This document shows positions 40,827 to 51,325 of a stretch of DNA of 64,000 bases, in pieces; position 1 is the first letter of the stretch; each line of letters begins with the position of its first letter. Source of the DNA: Eledone cirrhosa (taxonomy: Eukaryota); contig OZ024748.1 of the NCBI GenBank assembly GCA_964016885.1, forward strand, positions 14,880,001 to 14,944,000, given 5' to 3'. A program made the position numbers and the translations under genes. The notes beneath the pieces are model-generated. The model made no database searches and had not been told where the DNA came from. It saw only the letters and a program-made list of their open reading frames with translations.

Positions 40827-42017
40827 TACACATGTGTGTGTGTGTGTATGCATATAGCTACCATAATTTCTACATATTCTCCATAAGGTGAGCTCACCAG
40901 CATGTATAACACCACGTCTATGGGGACCATTTGCAGCCTACTTTAAAGACAAAGGATGATGGTATTAGTAATGCATCCAGTGACAGGTAAACTCAATGTC
41001 CATGTTGGGAAACAGTGTGACAGCTTCCTTTGAGCAAATGAGGAATATGGGTATGGTACAAAAATATCTGAAGGGGCCAAGGGTTCTATATTTCTACAAT
41101 ATTCTCAATTTAACCATCTGCAATACAAAATTCAGGAAGCCAGCCAGCCACTTGATCACAGGGTTCATACAAGCTAAATAGTCTTTGTTCTCACCAGGAA
41201 GCAAGATAAGTAAATGGTCATGAATGCCAAGACCTTACCTGGGGAAGAATTTACCTCCCAGTATAGATCTGATGCTTCAGCTATTCTAAAGGAATGACAA
41301 CTTTCCTAGTGTTAATGCCAAGATAAAATGCAGTTGGTAGAGTGGGTTCATATGTCAGAACCATCCCCTCTCCATCCTGCTCATCTGGGGTCGAAAGCTT
41401 CACTCTTGAGTACTGACTGGTCTATGACAACATGTCCAACCCTTCCTAGCAGGTAAAACAGATGTTAAACAATGATGGTACACACATACACATAAATATA
41501 ACAGCTTGTTGACTCAAATTGTAAATATGAAATACTTTCCATTTATTTTTTATTGTGTTGGCATTTATTTATGAATTGAAGAGTTCATATATATGTATAT
41601 GTGTATGTGCGTATATATATAAAGAGAGAGGTAAGTGTGTGTGTGTGTGTGTGTATACATATATATATTTACACATACATATATTAAAATAAAAAAATTG
41701 TACAGTAGGCATTTTTTCATCAATGGAATGGTAAGTTTTATCAATCATACATTAAATGTGAGAGAGTTCTGAGAATATTATCTAGAGAAAAGGATAATCA
41801 GTTCCATTTGGCATTTTATTTTACACCATTTTGATTTTGTCATATAAACACAGAGAGAGAAAGCAAGAGATTATATGTATATATAATATATATATATATA
41901 TACACACACAAATACATATACATATATAAACAAATGCAGCAGATTTTGCAGTATGATGTTGAAAAATTATAGCAGGAGTGGTGTAGACTTTCACTTGCTT
42001 TCAGAATCATTTCATTA

Positions 42018-42058
<41 letters not shown>

Positions 42059-42994
42059 TATTATTTTCTCTATTTCTCTCTATTGGAAATTACATCCTCA
42101 TTATTGGCCAAAGAAAATTGGCAAAGATAATATGATAATCTCAAAGAATTTCCATAGACTGATCAAACTCTGTGAATTGGGGACGTAATTATCTTTTCCA
42201 GAATGTCTACTTTTGTTGTTAGGAGGAGCTGTAATAATCCAGTTTTCATGCAGCTAGACATTTCTGATTGCAAAAATAAAAACATACAAAGATAACACAA
42301 CAAAAAGAAAAAAAGAACCAAAAAAATAAAAAAAAATAAAACCAAAATAAAATAAAAAAAATAAAACCCCGGCATAGATGATGGAAGGAGATAAAAGATC
42401 TTCTGCTAGGAGATGAACAATTAATAGAACATTGGCATCAGAAATGTTAGTCTTATTATAATATAGCTCCTATAGAACTTATTGAATGGCAGTAATAGAT
42501 CTGGCCAATCCTAAATATTATTGATTATTTTCTTTGCCACTAAACCATACATATGACCAACTCTCTGATTGACTGGCTGTAAGCTAATTTACTAGTAATT
42601 TTATTTTATTCATCACATAAAACCAAATTAAACTTATTAACCTTTGAGGCACAACAGATACTTAATTTGAGGTTAGAAAATTGAGATAGGAACTGAACAA
42701 TTTTGACACATTTTTCACTGCATTTTCACGACACTTCCGTCAAATAAAACGTATGCTAGTGTCAGATATGTATTAATGTGCTAGGAAGTAGTTGCAATGG
42801 TCTAACAATATGTTTAAAATGTATATTCAATTAAGACAAAACAGTGAGTAAAAACCCAAATCATTCACTAATAACACTATCTCATGTCCTTTGATGGATG
42901 TTAGCTTATGGTATAATAGATGGGTGTTGGCTTATGGTATAATAGATGGATGTTGGCTTATGGTATAATAGATAGAATTCTAAAAATAAGTCTA

Positions 42995-43270
42995 AAGTTT
43001 GTCTCGAGTCCGGAAACTCATCAGACCTGTGCTTATCCTGGTTTCCATGTTGTTAAACAACTGAGAGTACAAAACTCCCTGAACAGGAGGAACTCTATCA
43101 GAGGGTTAAAGTATGTCTCCAGTTGCTGATACTGGTTGCAACTCCTGACAGAAGGAGCAACATGAAATAAAATGTTGTGCTCAAGGACATAATGCATCAC
43201 CTTCTCTGGGAATCGAACTCACCAACTCATGATTGTTCATCCAACTCTCTAACCATTAAGCTATGTGGCT
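42995..43270 (-). mobile_element. SINE family C, diverged
   Basis: Reverse complement colinear with 59411-59693. Confidence 0.75.
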
Positions 43271-43879
43271 TGATGTATTCTTATATACACTTGTTAAATT
43301 AAATAATTATATGAGGAGACATGGCAGTGTAGTTAATGAATTCGCTTGACCATCATATGCCTTCAGTTTCTTCTTTTCTGTCTGACATTTTTAGTTAACT
43401 AATGCTTTTTGAGTGAAATTTGGATGACAGAAACATTATAAGAAGCCTATTGAGTATATGCATATAAGTATATATGTATGTGCTTGTTTGTGTGTGTGCA
43501 TGTATGTGTCTATGTTTCAATTTGTCACTATGTCTGTATGTCCTGTATCTTAGCAAAATTCTTAGCATCAGGTAGAATAACTTCATCACCAACAAAAAAG
43601 TCCATCAACAAACCCACCACCACCAACGTGTGTCTAACACCATGTGCAAGTGTCAACTTGGCTAATTGGGGCACAACACATGAATCCTAAATGAAAGACA
43701 TACTAATCAACTCTTGTATTGGTACCCCCACCAATAACGTTTGACTAACTTTATGTGCAAGTGTTGATCTGACTGGTTGGGATATGTCAGAGACATGCTA
43801 ATCAGGTCCTCTATTGGAACAAGGAGATGAGGACGTCCCAGCATGAACTGGTGGTAGACAATCAACAGGGACTTGAAAC

Positions 43880-44148
43880 CCATCAACAAAAGTTGGAATG
43901 ATGTATTGATAGATTCTACTAACCATGGTCATTGGAGCACTTTAGCTGCCTCATGTGTTTGAAGATGCAGGAGCATCTAAGCCTAAGTCACACAAAAGCA
44001 TGCACACACATATATATATGCACACATAAACTCATCTGAAAGCCATCAACAAAAGTCAGAATGATGTATTGATAGATGTAACTAACCCTGGTCATTGGAG
44101 CACTTTGGCTGCCTCATGCATCTCAAGACGCAGCAGGAGCTTCTAAGG
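43880..44148. repeat. Local direct duplication (~100 bp, 163-bp offset)
   Basis: CCATCAACAAAAGT...GATGTATTGATAGAT...GGTCATTGGAGCACTTT...CTAAG at 43880 and 44043. Confidence 0.9.
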
Positions 44149-44572
44149 ATAATTAACTTAGCAGTTTAACAAAAATTAAAATGAAAAAAAAAAAATCAAT
44201 AAAGTATGTACCAGACATGACAAAAATAAGTACTGGTTTATATATAATAGACTAAATAAAGGTGATGCCCCAGGATCGATGCAGTGTAATGACTGAAATC
44301 AATAAAAAATAAAATAATTTGTTAAATTAAACAATGGTGTTATTTATTTATTTATTTTGTTTCTAATTTCATCTGATTCCTAATCAAATAAATGACAAAA
44401 GTAAAAAAAAGAAAAGGTAAATAGAATTTTTACCTCTTGAAATTGCTTCCAATAAAGAGTTATTCAGTGAAAGTTCCTAAATAAGTGCTAGTGATTACTG
44501 CTGAATATGTAAAATTCCACCTTTCCAATGATCATCATCATTGATATATATTATATACGTACATATATTTCG

Positions 44573-44613
<41 letters not shown>

Positions 44614-45373
44614 CTCACATACACATATATATATAAACATACATACACACACATATATCAAATATATATCAATATAAGACAATTTCTAGTAGCAATACCA
44701 CAACAATTATGATGATTCTATGATTCTCTAGACATAAGTATGGTTTTCTCTAAATGTTGTTCTCTTTCTCGAAATACTTCCACATACTACAACCCTCACT
44801 GATCTCTTCTTCCAACATTATAAATCTTACTTTAATGAGATGATAAAACAAAACTTTTAAAAATATTTTTTTTATTTGATGGCTACTAGCTTAATGGTTT
44901 CCCATATTAAATTGTTTTATTTTTCCCATTTTTATTCTTTTTTGTGATTCCATTCCTTAGAAGATTCCGTACCATTCATCACTATAAACAATTTTGGTAA
45001 TTTGGAACCAATATCTTGACCATATAGCAGCAAGAAAATGTACTCAATTATAGTCTATTTCTTTTTGTGTTGTTGTTGTGCTTGTTGGTATTTATAGTAG
45101 TTTTATTTTTATATTGGCACATGAGAGAGAAATAAATAAAAGCTGAAAATACTGGCAGCACTACTAGCATCAATGGCAGGGTAGGGGTGCATGGTGGTGG
45201 AGTGGAGGGGAGGCAAGGTGAGGCGAGGTGAGTGTTAGATGATATAAATTTAACATGGGTCACTATGTTGGAGATAAGTTAAGTAATTACTATCATTAAA
45301 AGGATACTACTAGACTTCTTATTACTACTACTGCCGCTCTGCTTTACCACCAAAGTACCAAAGTACACACACA

Positions 45374-45491
45374 AATAATAATAATAATAACAATGATGAT
45401 GATAATAATGAAGACAATGGTGATGATGAATAATGATAAAAACAATAATAATAGCAATGATGATGATAATAATAATTGTAATAACAATAAA

Positions 45492-45541
<50 letters not shown>

Positions 45542-45605
45542 TAATAATAATAAAAATAATAATAAAAAAAAAAAATAATAAAAAAATAATAATAATGATA
45601 ATAAA
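45374..45605. repeat. (AAT/GAT)n triplet microsatellite
   Basis: Seen directly. Confidence 0.95.
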
Positions 45606-46117
45606 GAATATAAAGCAAACCAGAAAAGCAATGAGAAGAAATCAATGATATTGCAAATTGCTGGGATGAAAGAAGAAATTGCCAAATGCTACGAGATTGA
45701 TTGTAGTTCAATTGCAAATGATTGGAAATAAAATGGTATAAAAACATGAAAGAGGAACAAAAAAATAAAATAAATAAAAATAAATAAATAAAGGAAGAGC
45801 AACAAAAGAACAAAAAGACAGAGAAAGGAAGAGGAGGACGAGATATTTACCGATTCTTCTCTGAGAATGATTAAGAGATAAGAATGAGGAGTAGCTAAGT
45901 TTAAAAAGTTGAGAAATACGGTAAAAAGAAAAGAAAAGAAAAAAGATGGGAAGGAGGAAAGAGAAGAGAAAGAGAAAAGAAAAGAAAGATAAAAGGAATA
46001 TAATAATGACCGAAGAGGCTGAAATAAGAAATTTATTGATTAATATTATCCTGAATATATATATCTATTCTATAAAGTGGAGTTTGGAGTTCACACACCA
46101 AAACAATCAGGTCTTGC

Positions 46118-46246
46118 TTATATATATATATATATATACACGTATGTATATACAAATATATATATATATATATACGTATGTATATATATATATATACGTA
46201 TGTATACGTATATATATATATACGTATGTATATATATATATATACG

Positions 46247-46284
<38 letters not shown>

Positions 46285-46464
46285 TGTATATATATATATA
46301 CATATATCTATATATGTATATATAAATATATATACGTATATGTATATATGTATATATATATATATATATATATACGTATATGTATATATGTATATATATA
46401 TATACGTATACGTATATGTATATATGTATATATATATATATACGTATACGTATATACATATACG

Positions 46465-46510
<46 letters not shown>

Positions 46511-46621
46511 CATACGTATATATATATACATACGTATATATATATATATATACGTATATATATATATATATATATACGTATATATATATATATATATATA
46601 CGTATATATATATATATATAT
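46118..46621. repeat. (TA)n array with TACG interruptions
   Basis: Seen directly. Confidence 0.96.
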
Positions 46622-46622
46622 G

Positions 46623-46880
46623 TGAAGGCGCATGGCTTAGTGGTTAAAGCATTGGGCTTGCAAACGAAAGGTTGTGAGTTCAATTCTCAGACCGGGTGAT
46701 GTGTTATTTCCTTGAGCAAGACACTTTATTTCACATTGCTCCAGTTTAATCAGCTGTAGAAATGAGTACCGGCCTGCCCGCCCAGCCAGTGGGATGGCGT
46801 TATCTTATGGCTAAAACAGCACGACGTGCTGTGACCAGCAGCGCCTATTGGCACCCGACAGACTGGTCGGTCAAGGTGAT
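46623..46880 (+). mobile_element. SINE with a family A head and a different GC-rich body (E)
   Basis: Head near-identical to 58653; diverges after GAAATGAG near 46766. Confidence 0.85.
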
Positions 46881-46899
46881 ATATATATATATATATATA

Positions 46900-46941
<42 letters not shown>

Positions 46942-46947
46942 AAAGGT

Positions 46948-47325
46948 GATGACACACGACCGTGACCTCTGGTGTCACGCAGTAATACAGAGTACCCAAC
47001 CTCCCATCGGCACAAGCCGAAGCTGAAGCATATAGACAATATGCCACACACCCTCCCACTGGAAAGTGGTCGTGGAGGTGCCATGGCAAAAAAGCACCCA
47101 GCCCACACTGTAAAGTGTACGTGTAGGCATCATGGAAAAAAAGCACCCAGCACTCACTGTAAATGAGGTTGGTGTTGGGAAGGGCATCCAGCTGTATAAA
47201 TCAAGCTAGAATCAGTTCCCGTATGAGCAAGACAAGGTCAGCCGACCAGACACTGCCCACAACAGGACAACACATCTAACCCATGCTAGCATGGAAGAAC
47301 GGACGTAAAACGGTGATGATGATGA
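46948..47325 (+). mobile_element. RTE LINE (family 1) 3' end with a long SINE-like 3' region, copy 1
   Basis: Matches 47546-47910; ends in tail type 1 plus (GAT)n. Confidence 0.9.
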
Positions 47326-47329
47326 TATG

Positions 47330-47910
47330 TGAATTTGAGAGAGACTGAGCATAAGAGGAATCAAATGCTGTGTGCAGGAGAGGCGGTTGCGCTGGTATGG
47401 ACATGTGATGCGTATGAAGGATGACAGCTGCATAAAAAGGTGCAGAGCACTAGAAGTTGATGGAAACCGCGGAGTGGGGAGACCCAAGATGACCTGGGAT
47501 GAGGTGATAAAAGCCGACCTTACCCAACTACACCTCTCAAAGACAATGACACACGACCGTGACTTCTGGCGTCACGCAGTAATACAGAGTACCCGACCTC
47601 CCATAGGTACATGCTGAAGCATATAAACAAAATGCCCCCACACCCCCCACCGCAAGGTGGTCGTGGAGGTGCCACGGCAAAAAAGCACCCAGCCCACACT
47701 GTAAAGTGGGCGTGTAGGCGCCACGAAAAAGCACCCAGCACTCACTGTAAATGAGGTTGGTGTTAGGAAGGGCATCCAGCTGTAGAAATCAAGCCAGATC
47801 AGTTCCTGTATGAGCAAGGCATGGTCAGCCGACCAGACACTGCACACAACAGGACAACCCGTCTAACCCATGCTAGCATGGAAGAACGGACGTAAAACGG
47901 TGATGATGAT
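47330..47910 (+). mobile_element. RTE LINE (family 1) 3' fragment, copy 2
   Basis: ORF QERRLRWYGHVMRMKDDSCIKRCRALEVDGNRGVGRPKMTW...DRDFWRHAV, stop at 47617, then ~290 bp shared with the SINE A body and tail type 1. Confidence 0.93.
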
Positions 47911-48134
47911 GTATATATATGTGTGTGTGTGTGTGCATATATATATACATAAACACACACAGACACATGTATATATATATATAATCATCATAAACCATAT
48001 AGGCATTACCACCAAGCTTAAACCATTTTGATGGCTGCAAGTTAATCTTTTATATTTCTTCACAAGGTTATAGCTAGTCATACTTAATTTTGGCCAGATA
48101 TACCAATGTTTTTACTGGCCATGTAAAGAGAGAC

Positions 48135-48742
48135 ATGATGGTGATGATGGTGATTGTGGTAGTGGTGGTGGTGGTGGTGGTGGTTGTGGCTTTGGTGGTT
48201 GTGGTGGTGGTGGTTGTGTTGGTGGTGGTTGTGGCGTTGGTGGTTGTGTTGTTGGTGGCGTTGGTGGTTGTGGCGTTGGTGGTTGTGGCGTTGGTGGTTG
48301 TGGCGTTGGTGGGTGTGGCGTTGGTGGTTGTGGCGTTGGTGGTTGTGGCGTTGGTGGCGTTGGTGGCATTGGTGGTGGTGGTGGTGTTGGTGGTGGTGGC
48401 GTTGGTGGATTTGGTGGTTGTGGAGGTGGTGGTAGTGGTTGTAGAGGTGGTGGTAGTAGTTGTGGTGGTGGTGCTGGAGGTTGTGGTGGTGCTGGAGGTT
48501 GTGGTGGTGTTGGTGGTTTTGGTGGTGGTGTTGGTGGTTTTGGTGGTGGTGTTGGTTGTGGTGGTTGTGGTGGTGTTGGTTGTGGTGGTGTTGGTTGTGG
48601 TGGTGGTATTGGTGGTTGTGGTGTTGGTGGTTGTGGTGTTGGTGCTTGTGGTTGTGAAAAAGATGACGATGATGATGATGACGACGACAAAGGTGATGAT
48701 GATGATGATGATGATGATGATCATGATGAAGACGATGATGAT
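48135..48742. repeat. (GGT/GTT)n triplet array with 15-nt GTTGGTGGTTGTGGC subunits, flanked by (GAT)n
   Basis: Seen directly. Confidence 0.95.
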
Positions 48743-48817
48743 TTCATAAAAGGCATGAGATAAAAAAAGAATTTGATCCTTTCTTGATAACTTTACAAAA
48801 GTTAATTGATAAAAAAA

Positions 48818-49262
48818 ACTGTTTCTAATTTAGGCACAAGGCAAACAATTTTTTTTGGGGTGGTGGGGGTGGTGATTAAATCGATCCCAGTAAATTAATC
48901 GCGCTTTATTTATCAACCTTGTATGACTGAAAAGCAAAGCTAACTGTCGCTGGATTTGAACTCAGAATGTAATGGGGTGTAATTCGATACTGCAAAGCAT
49001 GTTTTCTGATAATCTACCAATACTGCCAATCCACTGCCCTTAAAATAATGGTTTATGATTTAGGCACAAGGCCAACAATTTTGGGAGGTGGGGAAGGTTA
49101 ATTAAATCAACCTCAGTGCATTACTTGTGCTTTATTTTATCGACTTCATAAGGGTGAAAGGTAAAGTTAACCTCAGCAAGATTTGAACACATTTATAAGT
49201 TGGGGTGGAACGTAAAGGGATGTAACTGCATGCTGTAAAGCATGTTGTATGATGCTCTATTA
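48818..49262 (-). mobile_element. Two tandem SINE family B copies
   Basis: Two GGCACAAGG...GATTTGAA units. Confidence 0.85.
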
Positions 49263-49639
49263 TTAAATGATAAAAATAAACACTATTTCCAATGTAAACC
49301 CTTTCATGTAAAATTAGTAAAACATCAAAAGAAAATAAATAATAGAAGAAATAAAAGAGAAATAGAGAAATAATACATACCAAACTGGAGTTGATTGATG
49401 AAACTTCTAATGTCATTTCCACAGATTATTGGGACAAATTATTTATAAGTGGGGGTGGGGGCAAATATCTGTACGAAGATGTTTTTTGGGGGGGATTTAG
49501 TTGGACAGGAACTGCAATAGATAGAAAGAAAAAACAATACAGTGTTGTGTTACATTTATATATGTATGTATTACATTATATATATATAAATATATATTTG
49601 ACATAAGAAAAAGATGATATATATTATATATTAGACATA

Positions 49640-49705
49640 AAAAAGGGACTAGAGTCTGAAACGTTAAGACCCTCTTCCTGCTATATCAAGCATTAACCTA
49701 ATATA
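49640..49705 (+). ncRNA. Truncated hammerhead/pLTR remnant (same family as 7.4 and 39.8 kb)
   Basis: GGACTAGAGTCT hairpin, GAAA at 49658-49661, CGTTAAGAC; the 5' core is lost. Confidence 0.4.
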
Positions 49706-49756
49706 TCCCTTCCATATACTGTACCGATTGTGTTGTTATTTCTGTTTACCTTTTAC

Positions 49757-49794
<38 letters not shown>

Positions 49795-49797
<3 letters not shown>

Positions 49798-50189
49798 GAA
49801 TTGTGGTAAGGAACCAGATGGACCATAACGCACCAGAGTACTCAATACTTAGGGTAGTAGAGTGGGAAATAGGAAAAAATGTATGACCCCGACAGCAGAG
49901 CTCAAGCTGTTTCGACGGCTATTTCTCGACTAAATTAGAATTTTTAGCCTGGTGAATAAATAGCCAAACTTGTCAAGGAGGTACTTCCTTATATGGGAAG
50001 ATTGTAGTTGTCAAGAGGATTGGTTAACATTTTTAACCATCCTCTTGACAACTACAATCTTCCCATATAAGGAAGTACCCCCTTGACAAGTTTGGCGATT
50101 TATTCACCAGGCTAAAAATTCTAATTTAGTCCAGAAATAGCCGTCGAAACGGCTTGAGCTCTGCCATTGGGGTCATACTTTTTCCTATA
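49795..50189 (-). mobile_element. PLE pLTR fold-back (~155-bp arms) in (TA)n
   Basis: 49869-50027 is nearly perfectly inverted at 50033-50189 with a ~5-nt loop; each arm has a hammerhead; AGTACTCAATAC motif near 49837. Confidence 0.85.
49881..49984 (-). ncRNA. Type I hammerhead motif with U3-A8 core and extended stem II
   Basis: Minus strand GTACCTCC-TTGACAA-G..GGCTATTT..GGCTAAA/TTTAGTC..AAATAGCC..C-GAA-ACAGC-TTGAGCTCT-GCTGT-C-GGGGTCATAC; GUC cleavage triplet. Confidence 0.75.
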
Positions 50190-50594
50190 TATATATATAT
50201 ATGACATAAAAAGGATGATGATGATGATATATATATTTTACATTGACTTTCTTTTCTCTGAGTTACATGGAAATCTTTTACATTCAGATGCCTATTCTAA
50301 CATTAATCCTTTTAGTTGCTTCTTACAACACACAGGAGTAAGAGGTGCAACTTATAGATGAGTATATATAGTAATTAAGTAATTTGTTTTCTAGGTGGAT
50401 TTGAGAAGTTAACAAATGTCACATTTGAAATAGAGCTTTTTATTGTATGTTATCACTTTGAGAGTATAGAAGATATTTTAATAGTACATTTGATACCATA
50501 TAAATGTTTGTAGATATAATCCATAAAACCTTTAATTTCGTTTGAGTTTTTACTTATTTTGTATAAACTTCAAATATCTAGAGTATATATTTAT

Positions 50595-50831
50595 CCCTTT
50601 TCATACTAAACCACTTCAAGCTCTCACTGGTTCTATGTTTTAAGGTGTTTATGTTTATCTTAAAAACATTCCAACAGTATTTTATGTAGAAAGTAATGTT
50701 ATGATCTGAACACCAGCTTAATAACGTGAAAGTTTGTTAGATTATTAAATCCCTCCAAATACCTGATTATTTTCAAAATAGTTTGAAAACCATAGGCAGT
50801 GTCTTTCATTAGAAATATGATAATGAAAGGA
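50595..50831 (+). mobile_element. piggyBac-like MITE
   Basis: TTAT|CCCTTT...AAAGGA|TTAA; many related copies (near 10.2-10.56, 11.2, 21.1, 52.2, 58.5 and 62.0 kb), some ending AAGGG|TTAA. Confidence 0.7.
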
Positions 50832-50909
50832 TTAAATATATACCTGAGGATGGAATGGAAGATTGAAAATGACATATATCAAAACTAAAGATTAGCCTTA
50901 TATACTTAA

Positions 50910-51325
50910 TCCTTTTTATACCAACATGCCTGAGACTACCGCTGGTTCTATGATAGTGTATATATTTAAATGTAAACCTTCCATCAAAGTTTATGTCAGA
51001 ACAAGTTAAGTAACTTTTCAAACAGCAGCTTAATAATTGTTTCTACTTTTGGCACAAGGCCAGCAATTACCCAGTGCATTACTGGTACTTTATTTTATCG
51101 AACCCGTAAGGATGAAAGGCAAAGTTAACCTTGGCGGGATTTGAACACAGAATGGCAAGGGCCGTAACTCTATACGTCAAAGCATGGTGTCCGCCTCTCT
51201 ACCGATACTGCCAATCCACTGCTTAATAATGGAGGAGTTAGTTATATTACTAACTTGCTCTAAATTCTTGAGTATTTTCAAAATGATTTTAAAATCATAT
51301 GTAGTGTTTTCATAAAAAATATGGG
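50910..51325 (+). mobile_element. piggyBac-like MITE carrying a SINE B insertion
   Basis: TTAA at both ends (50906-50909 and 51326-51329). Confidence 0.65.
51031..51222 (-). mobile_element. Full-length SINE family B with target-site duplication
   Basis: Minus-strand head GCAGTGGATTGGCAGTATCGGTAGAG, B box GTTCAAATCC; GCTTAATAAT repeated at 51028-51037 and 51221-51230. Confidence 0.92.

Noticed and set aside
42163-44476. Candidate minus-strand exons (about 42163-42262 and 44434-44476)
   Set aside because: Short, no recognisable protein, expected by chance in AT-rich DNA; needs RNA-seq.
48074-48749. NATTT-repeat or poly-Val/Pro ORFs
   Set aside because: Pure (GGT)n-derived array open in many frames; no evidence of being an exon.
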